DNA of 64,000 nucleotides from IMG/VR virus record IMGVR_UViG_3300020045_006153, positions 211,550-275,549 of that record; one strand, written 5' to 3'. Both the position numbers and the translations under genes were made by a program. How positions within the stretch are numbered: the first letter of the stretch is position 1; every line of letters begins with the position of its first letter. Origin of the DNA: a virus. Its lineage: Duplodnaviria > Heunggongvirae > Uroviricota > Caudoviricetes. Below, piece after piece: positions 37,380 to 46,836 of the stretch. The notes below the pieces were generated by a model that was given only the letters and a program-made list of their open reading frames with translations, was not told the DNA's origin and did not search any database.

Positions 37380-38141
37380 ATGAGAATTAATGAAATTGTT
37401 GTAGAAAGTGATGATCTATCTGAAGGACCAGGTTGGGATGCTGTTAAGGCAGGCTCTAAACAAATAGGTCAAGGTGCTGCTCAAGTAGGCAAAGGAGTAG
37501 TTCAAGGTATTCCTGGTGCTTTAGGTGGTGCTGCTTCGGGTGTTGGGGCAATTGCTGGAGGCACAGTAGGTGCTTGGAACAAGATGAAACAAGGATTTCA
37601 ATCAGGTAAATCAGCAGTAAGTGGTACACCTAATCCTAATGGGTCAGGCAGTGCCGGAACTCCTACTACAAATCAAAGAGGGCAAACCAATGCTCCACAA
37701 AGTAACGCTACTCCTGCACAAAATCCAGTTGCTATTAGATCTCAAATTAGACAGTTACAACAACAAATGACATCTTTGCAAGGGCAATTGCGTACTGCTA
37801 GTACGCCTGGTGGACAACAAACGCCGCCTGCTGCTGGAGCAAACGCAATGAATAACATGGCAGGACAATTAGCCCCTGGTGCTAATACTACTCCTTCTAA
37901 TTCAGGCGGGTCAACTACACTAGGTCAAGGGTCAACGACACATGCAGCAAATGCAACTAATCCCAATGCTCAGCAAGCCGCTGCCGGCGCTAATGCATTT
38001 GGTAATATGAGTCAAACTTTAGGTACTGGCAATGCTGCGCCTCAACAACCAGGATTCTTACAAACACGCTATAACGGAGGAAGAACTCCTACTCCGGAAA
38101 GCATTCAATATTACAGTAAGTTTCTAGGTAGAAATATTTAA
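37380..38141 (+). CDS. low-complexity Gly/Gln/Ala-rich late protein, probable internal head protein
   Basis: TAAATA at 37346-37351; N-terminus MRINEIVVE resembles a capsid-targeting propeptide. Confidence 0.7.
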   Translation: MRINEIVVESDDLSEGPGWDAVKAGSKQIGQGAAQVGKGVVQGIPGALGGAASGVGAIAGGTVGAWNKMKQGFQSGKSAVSGTPNPNGSGSAGTPTTNQRGQTNAPQSNATPAQNPVAIRSQIRQLQQQMTSLQGQLRTASTPGGQQTPPAAGANAMNNMAGQLAPGANTTPSNSGGSTTLGQGSTTHAANATNPNAQQAAAGANAFGNMSQTLGTGNAAPQQPGFLQTRYNGGRTPTPESIQYYSKFLGRNI

Positions 38142-38344
38142 AAGAACGGAAGACCACTTGATTTTGTGGTTTCTAAGTTAGAGTCGATTAAGTTAGCAAG
38201 AATTTCTCTGTCTTCTTGATCGAGCAAATATGCTTCTTCAACGCTTAACCCGCCGCGCATATACCAGCAAAATTTAAACAGTTCTTGTTTAATGGCTTTT
38301 ATCTCTGTTTCCATGTCTTTTGTTAGCAAGTCAATTTCTTCCAT
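38138..38344 (-). CDS. gp51-like / tail-assembly-chaperone C-terminal ORF, probably expressed by -1 frameshift
   Basis: WYMRGGLS-x-EEAY-x-L-x-x-EDREIL; no SD; reading frame open back to the slippery site. Confidence 0.7.
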   Translation of the reverse strand: MEEIDLLTKDMETEIKAIKQELFKFCWYMRGGLSVEEAYLLDQEDREILANLIDSNLETTKSSGLPFF

Positions 38345-38361
38345 GCTAAGAGATAAAAGCC

Positions 38362-39222
38362 TTATGCGAAAAAAGTAGAAGGATCGAATGTTAATGGAAT
38401 TTCCATTAACTCTGCAGAATGTCCTTCAGCAATCATCTCCTCTGAGGGTTGAATTTTTAAAGGTTTAACTGTATTGTTATTTCTAAGCACTTCCATGTGC
38501 TCTTTAATCTTATCAAATATTTCTTTATCTGCATCATCGAGAAACTCTTTAATAAACATCCTATCTTCTGTGGAACCAGCAACAGAGTCTATTTTAAAAA
38601 TAGCATTATGAATTAATCCTATTGTAAGATCATTTAATTTATTGAATGTTTCTTTGAAAGTTCTATTTTTATCTTCGTCACTAATGCTAGGATCATTGGC
38701 AATTTGTAAAATACGTTGTGTTTCAAATGCTTGTAAAGAACTTTCTGATAGTTGTTTGTATGTAATAGGTCTAACATACGCTACTAGTTCAGGATTAATA
38801 TCAACTCTTGATTCCCATTTAATTTGTTCATGCAATTGCGCCATAAGATACCGTAAATCTAAATCATACTTTAACTCAGATCCAGGAATTGGTACTTCCA
38901 TTTTCTCACCATACGTTGCGATTCTAATTGCAATTAGAATTATATCAAGATCGATGTTAGGCATAGACCATGCATTTTTAATGTTAGGAACACAATGTTG
39001 AATTACTTCAACAATTGCTTGGCCGTTGATCAACGCATCTGGTATTTTTAACATCAACTCATCCTTAGCAGTCATTGAGTAAACTGGATAGTCTCCTGTT
39101 TCTGTAGGGATAATAGCGCCTGGTGCCCAATATTCACCATTAGATGGTAGTTTAATGTAGATCTTTGGCTGTCTCATTAAACTTGCTAACGGATTTTGTT
39201 TGGTTTTAGGTTGCTGAATCAT
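38362..39222 (-). CDS. baseplate hub / tail assembly chaperone, T4 gp26-like
   Basis: RQPKIYIKLPS-x-G...MTAKDE...D-x-D-x-ILIAIRIATYGE; C-terminal FF. Confidence 0.78.
   Translation of the reverse strand: MIQQPKTKQNPLASLMRQPKIYIKLPSNGEYWAPGAIIPTETGDYPVYSMTAKDELMLKIPDALINGQAIVEVIQHCVPNIKNAWSMPNIDLDIILIAIRIATYGEKMEVPIPGSELKYDLDLRYLMAQLHEQIKWESRVDINPELVAYVRPITYKQLSESSLQAFETQRILQIANDPSISDEDKNRTFKETFNKLNDLTIGLIHNAIFKIDSVAGSTEDRMFIKEFLDDADKEIFDKIKEHMEVLRNNNTVKPLKIQPSEEMIAEGHSAELMEIPLTFDPSTFFA
38368..38374 (-). other. slippery heptamer T-TTT-TTC (predicted -1 ribosomal frameshift)
   Basis: ACT TTT TTC GCA TAA; the -1 frame reads F-R-I-R-L-L-S-L-S-M-E-E-I into 38344..38138. Confidence 0.65.
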
Positions 39223-39235
39223 ATTTTAATTCCAA

Positions 39236-39267
39236 TAAATAAGTTGATAAACTGGTTGATATATTTA
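39236..39267. promoter_or_regulatory. overlapping face-to-face late promoters
   Basis: TAAATA on + (39236-39241) toward tape measure; TAAATA on - (39267-39262) toward gp26-like gene. Confidence 0.6.
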
Positions 39268-39294
39268 TCTACCAATATAACCCCGGAATAAACA

Positions 39295-42000
39295 ATGGCA
39301 ACTGTAACAGGCTTTATAGGCAATGATAATGTAGAATTAGATAATGCAGCAACGGAAGAAACGTTAAGACGATTGTTGACCGCTGTTACAGGGATGAACC
39401 AAAGCATCCTTCGTACTGCTCAAAATAATGGCGGTGGTGCTGGCGCAGCACAAACGACTCAACAAACTGCGGCACTGAATCAAGGGTTACAGCGATTAAC
39501 TAATGGTGGAGTTAGTGCAGCAGGCGCAGCATTATCTGGATTAACGGGAACAATTGGATTAGTTGCTAGCGGCTTAGGGAGAATGGCAGGAGTAGTTGCA
39601 GGAGTCGGCGGCGCAATGAACGGGCTTGCAACTACAATGCTTGACGGCAAAGGAAATGTAAGTGATTTTTATAATTCATTAAAAGATCTTCCTCTTGGAA
39701 TAGGGTTAGTTGCACAATTATTTGGAAAACTTGCACAAATGCAAGAGGACGAATTAGCAATATATCGTAAGTTAACTACTGCTGGTGTTAACTTCGGAGG
39801 TGCATTAACTGATATTAGAAAAAATGCACTCAATTTAGGCCTAGACTTACAACAATTTGGTTCTATTTTGCACGATAATGCAAAAACATTTCAAATGATG
39901 GGGACTACTGTGAATGATGGTGCTGAGTCATTTACTAAATTAGCAACTAAAATGCGTAATGATCCTGTCGGAATACAATTGCGTAGTTTAGGAATTACTA
40001 GTGAACAAGCAACTGCTGGGCTGGCCTCTTATATTGCAATGACAGGTGGAAGAAATAGGCAAGAATTACAAACAATCGAAGGACAGACAAAATTAACAAA
40101 AAGTGCCGCTGATTACATGATTCAACTCGATGCACTTGCTGCTATTACTGGTGAATCAAAAGATGAGCAAGAGAAGAAATTAAAAGCAGAACTGGAAGAA
40201 GCAAGTTTTAGTGCCTTTATGGCAACTAAATCAGATCCCGAACGCAAAGCAATTCAAGCAGCAATGACATCTGCAAGTGCATTATATGGAAAAGCAGGAA
40301 CTGATATTGTTAAAGCAACTGCTATGGGAGTAGCAGTGCAAGGCGAAGCGGGCCAAAAATTAACCGCATTAAGCAGTGATACAGCAAGAGCCATTCAACG
40401 AGATTTAGAAATTAGAAAACGTGGAGGAGACCAAAGTGCTGCATTAAATGTTAATGAAGCACAAGGTCGCTCAGCAGCAGGCCGCGATCTATTACGATAC
40501 GCTGGTGCTGTTGGAACATTTGGCAATGCACTAACAGGAATGGATACTACTATAAAAAATGTATCAGCATCGCATCAAGCAGGTCTAGTTTCTGAAAAAG
40601 ATTTCTTAAATCAACGTAAAGAAGTTGAAACTTCGCAAATTGATCGTACTAAGTCCTTAGCAAGTCAAGCCGCTGAGGCTGAAAAGGCATTTAAGGAAGC
40701 AGGAGCCGCAATATACGACGCATTAAAACCTGCAATCGAAGTGTTATCACCATTAGTTAATAAATTAGCAATTTCTATTATGAATTTTGTTAGTGATAAT
40801 ATGCCTAAGATCACAGATATGCTTACTAAAGTAGTTAAATCTATTGCAACATTTGTACAAAATGTGTTTAGTGACGAAGGTAGATTAGTAATTCAAAAAC
40901 GTTTTGAAATTTTTATTGACAGAATGGTATTAGGAATACGAGAGCATCTCGGTAAATCTTGGTTAGGACAAATGTTAGGTGGAATAGATTCGTCAAAAGG
41001 GCCACGCGGCGGAAAGAGCGATGCTGACAAAGAACGTGAAAACATTGATAAGCGGGCAAAACAACTAGATGACGAGCAAATTAACATTGATAAAAAACGA
41101 GAAACAGTAGCAGAAGAGAAAGCAATTGCCCGATCTAACAGGCCAGGGGTTAAGGGAATGCTCGACCAGATTGCAAAAGGTGAAGGAACTGACGATATTT
41201 CTGCAAAGAAGAAAGGTTTAAAATCTGGGTACGATGTATCGTTAGGGTATGGTGCATATGGCGGCGGACCAAATAAAGATATTAGTACTATGTCAATGGC
41301 CGAAGTTAAAGCATATCAGAAAAAAATGCTTGCAGATCCTAAGAATACATTAAATTCGTCAGCTGTGGGAAAATATCAGTTTATATCAGGGACGCTGGCT
41401 GAGCTACAAAAAGAAGCAGGACTAAAAGATACAGATACGTTCGATGCTGCTACGCAAGATCGGTTTGGCGAAATGCTATTAAAACGTAGGGGATTAGACA
41501 AATATCAAAAGGGACTAATGTCGCCGGATGCGTTTCAAGGAGGGATTTCAAAAGAATGGGCATCTGTTGCAGATCCTACTACTAAAAAAAGCTATTACGG
41601 GCAACATACAGGAACAAGTGATGCTGATATAAAAGCCGCACTAGAAGGGATCGCTAGGCCTTCACCTAAAGCAGCAACAGGTGGATTTTTCTCAGGTCCA
41701 GGCACAGGATATAATGTTCAACTTCATGGAAAAGAATTAGTTATTCCTATGAATAACGAATCTCAAGTTAGTAAAGCGGCAATTTCTCCAGGTGGATTAA
41801 CAATGGATGCTGCAAAACAAACAGGAAAAACTGATGACGGCTTAGTAAACGGCATTAGCAGCAATGAAATGTTATTAAGCGAACTGCAGACATTAAATAA
41901 GAATACTGAAGAAATGCTGAGATGGGTGCGCGAAACTGCTGTCCACTCTGAAAGAAACGTAGACGCAACAAAGGCGTTAAACGGCAATTTATTTGCATAA
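39295..42000 (+). CDS. tape measure protein with C-terminal lysozyme-like domain
   Basis: Long Ala/Gly-rich helical region; LDQIAKGEG...YD...AVGKYQFISGTL...F-x-x-x-TQD...EWAS (lambda-lysozyme-like). Confidence 0.8.
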   Translation: MATVTGFIGNDNVELDNAATEETLRRLLTAVTGMNQSILRTAQNNGGGAGAAQTTQQTAALNQGLQRLTNGGVSAAGAALSGLTGTIGLVASGLGRMAGVVAGVGGAMNGLATTMLDGKGNVSDFYNSLKDLPLGIGLVAQLFGKLAQMQEDELAIYRKLTTAGVNFGGALTDIRKNALNLGLDLQQFGSILHDNAKTFQMMGTTVNDGAESFTKLATKMRNDPVGIQLRSLGITSEQATAGLASYIAMTGGRNRQELQTIEGQTKLTKSAADYMIQLDALAAITGESKDEQEKKLKAELEEASFSAFMATKSDPERKAIQAAMTSASALYGKAGTDIVKATAMGVAVQGEAGQKLTALSSDTARAIQRDLEIRKRGGDQSAALNVNEAQGRSAAGRDLLRYAGAVGTFGNALTGMDTTIKNVSASHQAGLVSEKDFLNQRKEVETSQIDRTKSLASQAAEAEKAFKEAGAAIYDALKPAIEVLSPLVNKLAISIMNFVSDNMPKITDMLTKVVKSIATFVQNVFSDEGRLVIQKRFEIFIDRMVLGIREHLGKSWLGQMLGGIDSSKGPRGGKSDADKERENIDKRAKQLDDEQINIDKKRETVAEEKAIARSNRPGVKGMLDQIAKGEGTDDISAKKKGLKSGYDVSLGYGAYGGGPNKDISTMSMAEVKAYQKKMLADPKNTLNSSAVGKYQFISGTLAELQKEAGLKDTDTFDAATQDRFGEMLLKRRGLDKYQKGLMSPDAFQGGISKEWASVADPTTKKSYYGQHTGTSDADIKAALEGIARPSPKAATGGFFSGPGTGYNVQLHGKELVIPMNNESQVSKAAISPGGLTMDAAKQTGKTDDGLVNGISSNEMLLSELQTLNKNTEEMLRWVRETAVHSERNVDATKALNGNLFA

Positions 42001-42016
42001 CCGGAAAAAATCAAAC

Positions 42017-43720
42017 ATGTCATGGAAACGCTATTTTCAACCTGTTCAAACAGGTACAATGAGTCCGCTAAGCCAGTCTAATAGACTATCTGCTTCGCGA
42101 ACTAACTATTCATCTTACTTGCCTGATGTATATTCCGGTCATCCTAATCGCCTTGAACGGTATTCACAGTACGATACAATGGATATGGACCCCGAAGTTA
42201 ATGCAGCATTTGATATTTTAGCAGAGTTTTGCACACAAATTAATGATGAAAACGGTACACCATTCCATACTTTCTTTAAAGATAAGGCAACTCCTACTGA
42301 AATTAAACTTATTAAAAAGTATATGCAGCAATGGAGCAAGTTAAACAAGTTTGGAACTAAGATTTTTAAAATTGTTCGCAATACATTCAAATATGGCGAC
42401 TGTTTTTTCATTCGTGATCCAGAAACACAAGCATGGTTCTATGTTGATCCGAGCAAAATTGATCGTATTATTGTAAATGAGTCAGAAGGTAAGAAACCTG
42501 AACAATATGTTATTCGTGATATTAATGTTAATTTTCAAGATCTTGTAGTTACACAAATTAATCCTGCAAATCAAGGCGGCACCGGCGCTAGTACCTATAA
42601 TCAAGCAACTGGTAGCGGCCGCGGTGGCTCAGGCGCATACGCGCAAGGTAGTGGTAATCGATTTGCTATAAATCAAAACCAATGGGCTATTGATGCAGAA
42701 CATGTTATTCATTTAAGTCTAAGTGAAGGTATTGATAATAATTTTCCTTTTGGAAATAGTTTAATGGAAACTATTTTTAAAGTTTACAAGCAAAAAGAGT
42801 TACTAGAAGACGCTATTATTATCTACCGTGTGCAACGGGCACCAGAACGTCGAGTATTTTACATCGATGTTGGTAATATGCCAAGTCACTTGGCAATGAG
42901 TTTTGTAGAACGAGTTAAGAACGAGGTAAATCAGCGTCGAATTCCAAGTGTAACTGGCGGCGGGCAAAGTGTTATTGACTCGGGCTACAATCCTTTAGGT
43001 ATTAACGAAGATTATTTCTTTCCACAAACCAGTGAAGGCCGCGGGTCTAAGGTAGATATTCTACCCGGCGGAACCAATTTAGGCGAAATTAGTGACTTAC
43101 TATTCTTTACTCAAAAGTTAATGAGGGCATTACGTATTCCTTCTAGTTATTTGCCAACAGGCGTAGACGATTCACAAGCATCGTTTAATGACGGTCGTGT
43201 TGGTACTGCATATATTCAAGAACTACGATTTAATAAGTATTGCGAACGTTTGCAAAGTCTTATCAACGAACAGTTTGATACTGAATTTAAACGTTATCTA
43301 TTCCGTAAAGGTATTAATATTGATCCTAACTTGTTTGATTTGCAGTTCAATCCACCGCAAAATTTTGCATCTTATCGTCAAGCCGAGATGGATACTGCCC
43401 GTGTAACAGTGTATGGAAGTATTGCAGAAGTGCCTTACATTAGTAAACGATTTGCATTGAAACGTTTCTTAGGATTAACTGCTGAAGAAATTGCTGAAAA
43501 CGAACAATTATGGCGTGAAGAAAATATCGATGCGAGTACAAATTTAAGTGCGCAAGCAGAAATGCGTTCGATGGGTGTTACTACTGGTGGTCTAAGTGAT
43601 GATATGGATTCACTCGGCCAGAGCGATTTAGGCCCCGAAGATATGGAAGACGGTGACATGCCTGCGGCAGCGCCAGGCATTTCATCTGACACAGGTGCTG
43701 CGCCGACCTCTCCGGCATAA
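42017..43720 (+). CDS. gp20: portal protein, T4 gp20-like
   Basis: LLEDAIIIYRVQRAPERRVFYIDVGNMP; EDYFFP...GRGSKV-x-x-LPGG; ALRIPSS. Confidence 0.95.
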   Translation: MSWKRYFQPVQTGTMSPLSQSNRLSASRTNYSSYLPDVYSGHPNRLERYSQYDTMDMDPEVNAAFDILAEFCTQINDENGTPFHTFFKDKATPTEIKLIKKYMQQWSKLNKFGTKIFKIVRNTFKYGDCFFIRDPETQAWFYVDPSKIDRIIVNESEGKKPEQYVIRDINVNFQDLVVTQINPANQGGTGASTYNQATGSGRGGSGAYAQGSGNRFAINQNQWAIDAEHVIHLSLSEGIDNNFPFGNSLMETIFKVYKQKELLEDAIIIYRVQRAPERRVFYIDVGNMPSHLAMSFVERVKNEVNQRRIPSVTGGGQSVIDSGYNPLGINEDYFFPQTSEGRGSKVDILPGGTNLGEISDLLFFTQKLMRALRIPSSYLPTGVDDSQASFNDGRVGTAYIQELRFNKYCERLQSLINEQFDTEFKRYLFRKGINIDPNLFDLQFNPPQNFASYRQAEMDTARVTVYGSIAEVPYISKRFALKRFLGLTAEEIAENEQLWREENIDASTNLSAQAEMRSMGVTTGGLSDDMDSLGQSDLGPEDMEDGDMPAAAPGISSDTGAAPTSPA

Positions 43721-43727
43721 ATATTTC

Positions 43728-43970
43728 ATGTTACTAAAAGAATTTATTAATTTTAAAGATGATCAGGAAGAAATGACCGATGACGGTCGTTATGACCCTG
43801 ATCATGATACTAGTGTAATCCGCTCTACTGATCTTAGAAAAAGTAGGCTAACGTTACGTATGTTAAATGATTTACGTAAAGCAGGTGATGCAAGAGAACG
43901 CGAATCAAAAGAAGAACTAGAACTAGTTCGTACTATGTACGCTACTCCTGAGCCTGAAGAACAAATGTAA
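43728..43970 (+). CDS. small head-associated protein
   Basis: Start MLLKEFI 4 nt after TAAATA (43718-43723); lies between portal and core genes. Confidence 0.75.
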   Translation: MLLKEFINFKDDQEEMTDDGRYDPDHDTSVIRSTDLRKSRLTLRMLNDLRKAGDARERESKEELELVRTMYATPEPEEQM

Positions 43971-44114
43971 AGACTAAGGTTATTCATAAAACTGAATCAA
44001 TTTTTAGTAGTTTGTCAGAAACAGACCGTTTTTGGCCTATTTCGCATAACTATATCTGAACGGCTGTAAATATACACACAACAGCCTTGCCAACTTAATT
44101 AAGGAGAACCCGCA

Positions 44115-45062
44115 ATGTCTACAAAGTTTGAACAACTTTTAGATCTTCTAGTCAACGAAGAAATGGATGCAGCAAATGCATTATTCCATGATATCGTTGT
44201 TGAGAAATCTAGAGAAATATATGAAACCATGATCGCTGAAGAAACTGAAGAAGAAGACGAAGATGTCGAAGAATCTACAGACGAAGAAGATGATGAAGAA
44301 TCCGTTGAAGAAGGATTTGGAAATAATGAAGAAGAAAGTATGTATGAAATCGGCGGCGATTCTGCAGACGACCTTATGGGCGATACAGAAGATCCATTAG
44401 CATCTGGTGATAGCGAAGATGATAGTGAAGATGACGAATTCGGTGCTCCAGAAGGTGACTTTGGCGGTGATGCTGAAGGTGGATCTGAACCTGCTACAAA
44501 AGACGACGTACTTGACCTTGCACAAGCAATGGATGAAATTAAAGCAACTTTTGCAGCACTTCTAGCAGGCGAAAAGCATGAAGAAGAAGGTAATCCAGAT
44601 GTACACGGCGGCGCTTTAGATGATATTGAATCCGACAGTGAAGAAGAAACTGAAGACGAGCCAGAAGAAGTACCTGCAGATACAGAAGCAGACGAACAAT
44701 TTATGCGTGAGTATAAAGAAGTTGTAGGCAAGCCTTATGGCGGCGGAAAAGTTGCAGGTAAGACCGAAGATGCAAGTACTCACAAGGTAAGTCCTGTAAG
44801 TTCTGCTAAAGGACGTCCTACAACATCTGCGACTGCTGGCAATATTGCACAAGCAGGCAAAGGCGACCAAAATGAAAAAGGTAAAGCAGGCGGATTAGTA
44901 GGCAATGTTAAAGGTGAGTTCACTGGCAACCATTTAAATAAGGTTGGCGGTTATAAAGGTGATGCATTCACTAAAAACTCATCTGGTCACGGTCCTGAGA
45001 AAAAGGGAACTGGCGAAGGTCCTGTTAATGACAAGATTTTAGTTAAGCCTTATAAGCAATAA
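44115..45062 (+). CDS. acidic prohead core protein (gp67/gp68 position)
   Basis: Very Glu/Asp-rich with a basic Gly-rich tail; SD AAGGAG; TAAATA at 44067-44072. Confidence 0.7.
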   Translation: MSTKFEQLLDLLVNEEMDAANALFHDIVVEKSREIYETMIAEETEEEDEDVEESTDEEDDEESVEEGFGNNEEESMYEIGGDSADDLMGDTEDPLASGDSEDDSEDDEFGAPEGDFGGDAEGGSEPATKDDVLDLAQAMDEIKATFAALLAGEKHEEEGNPDVHGGALDDIESDSEEETEDEPEEVPADTEADEQFMREYKEVVGKPYGGGKVAGKTEDASTHKVSPVSSAKGRPTTSATAGNIAQAGKGDQNEKGKAGGLVGNVKGEFTGNHLNKVGGYKGDAFTKNSSGHGPEKKGTGEGPVNDKILVKPYKQ

Positions 45063-45074
45063 TAGGTTATTGAG

Positions 45075-45713
45075 ATGAATAAACTTCAATACTTAAGAGA
45101 GAATCTTAGTTTTACTGAGGCTAAGGTTGTTCTAGAGAATGACTCTACAGACGGTAAGAGCCTTTATTTAAAGGGCATTGCTATTCAAGGCGGCATTCGC
45201 AATGCTAACCAACGTGTTTATCCCGTTCGTGAAATTGCAAATGCAGTTAAGACTCTTAACGATCAAATTGTTAACGGATATTCTGTCTTAGGTGAAGTTG
45301 ATCATCCAGATGATCTTAAAGTAAATTTAGACCGTGTGTCACACATGATTACTGAAATGTGGATGGACGGTCCTAATGGCTACGGAAAGATGAAAGTCCT
45401 TCCTACTCCGATGGGCAATTTAATTCGTACTATGCTCGAAAGTGGCGTAAAACTTGGTGTTAGTTCTAGAGGTAGCGGCAACGTTAACGATGGAACTGGC
45501 GAAGTAGCCGACTTTGAAATTATTACAGTTGATATTGTTGCCCAGCCTTCTGCACCCGGAGCTTACCCTACACCGGTCTACGAGCATCTTATGAATATGA
45601 GAGGCGGGAATAGAGCGATCAAGGTGGCGCATGAAGTTCAACAAGATCCAAAAGCACAGAAGCATCTTCGCGAGGCGATGCTAAAAATAATCAACGGCCT
45701 TAAAGCCGGTTAA
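45075..45713 (+). CDS. gp21: prohead core protease, T4 gp21-like
   Basis: N-x-N-x-RVYP, LGE-x-DHP, VSH-x-I, TPMG, LGVSSRG-x-G and D-x-VA-x-PSAP-x-A motifs. Confidence 0.95.
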   Translation: MNKLQYLRENLSFTEAKVVLENDSTDGKSLYLKGIAIQGGIRNANQRVYPVREIANAVKTLNDQIVNGYSVLGEVDHPDDLKVNLDRVSHMITEMWMDGPNGYGKMKVLPTPMGNLIRTMLESGVKLGVSSRGSGNVNDGTGEVADFEIITVDIVAQPSAPGAYPTPVYEHLMNMRGGNRAIKVAHEVQQDPKAQKHLREAMLKIINGLKAG

Positions 45714-45723
45714 GGAGAAAGCG

Positions 45724-46815
45724 ATGATGGACGCATTCAAGAATCTAGTAGAAAGTGGAGTCATGTCAGAAGACGTACAGTCTGTGATTGAAACTGCATT
45801 TGCTAGCAAAATTCAAGAAAATCGCGACCAAGTCACTGCTCAACTTCGAGAAGAGTTTGCTCAAAAATACAGTCATGATAAGTCTGTAATGGTTGAAGCA
45901 ATTGACAAGATGTTAAGCGAGAGATTGGCCGCAGAAATGGCTGAACTTGCTGCTGATAAGAAAGCCCTTGCAGAAGCAAAGGTTGCATATCACCACAAGA
46001 TGAGCGGAGATTCGAAAGTTATGGAATCCTTCGTTCTTAGTCAGTTAGGAAAAGAGTTAGTCGAATTCCAGAACGATCGTATGAAAGTTTCTGAGAATTT
46101 TTCAAAGATGGAACAATTTATTGTTCATGCATTGGCAAATGAAATTAATGAATTCGCCCAAGATAAGAGAGACATTGCAGAAGCAAAGGTTAAACTTGTT
46201 AAGGAAGCCAAAGCACGTTTTGAAGGAATTAAGAGTCAGTTTATTAAACGCAGTGCTGCTGTAGTTGAAAACGTAGTTACTAAACAATTAACTTCTGAAA
46301 TCAAGCAATTGAAAGAAGATATTGATAGTGCACGTTCCAGCGACTTCGGTCGTCGTTTATTTGAAGCATTTGCACAAGAATATTCTTCGAGTTATCTAAA
46401 CGAAAAATCTGAAACAAGTAAATTGTTAAAGGTTCTAGAAAAGAAAGACTTAGAATTATCCGAAGCAAAGCAAGCCCTACGCAAGCATAGCACTATTGTT
46501 GAATCTAAGAACCGCGAAATTCGTGTTGCAAAAGATTTAGCAGAACGCAAGGCAGTTATGGGAGAACTATTAGCACCATTAGGTGTTGATAAAAAGGAGT
46601 TAATGAGCAGTCTATTAGAAAGTGTACAAACACAAAAATTGGCTGTTGCATTTGACAAATACCTACCAGCAGTAATGGAAGGTGCTCAAAGAAAGTCTCC
46701 TGCAAAGGCAGCACTTACAGAAAGCAAGTCAGTTACCGGTGATCGCGCAAGTAAACAGCCACAGGTAGGCTTAGATAACATTTTAGATATCCGCAAATTA
46801 GCGGGTTTAAAATAA
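45724..46815 (+). CDS. gp22: prohead scaffold protein, T4 gp22-like
   Basis: Coiled-coil protein between protease and MCP; FGRRLFEAF-x-x-E. Confidence 0.85.
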   Translation: MMDAFKNLVESGVMSEDVQSVIETAFASKIQENRDQVTAQLREEFAQKYSHDKSVMVEAIDKMLSERLAAEMAELAADKKALAEAKVAYHHKMSGDSKVMESFVLSQLGKELVEFQNDRMKVSENFSKMEQFIVHALANEINEFAQDKRDIAEAKVKLVKEAKARFEGIKSQFIKRSAAVVENVVTKQLTSEIKQLKEDIDSARSSDFGRRLFEAFAQEYSSSYLNEKSETSKLLKVLEKKDLELSEAKQALRKHSTIVESKNREIRVAKDLAERKAVMGELLAPLGVDKKELMSSLLESVQTQKLAVAFDKYLPAVMEGAQRKSPAKAALTESKSVTGDRASKQPQVGLDNILDIRKLAGLK

Positions 46816-46836
46816 TTTAAATTCAAGGAGACGTAA

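Noticed and set aside
44099-44731. Ser-rich 210-aa minus-strand ORF
   Set aside because: Antisense shadow of the Glu/Asp-rich core protein
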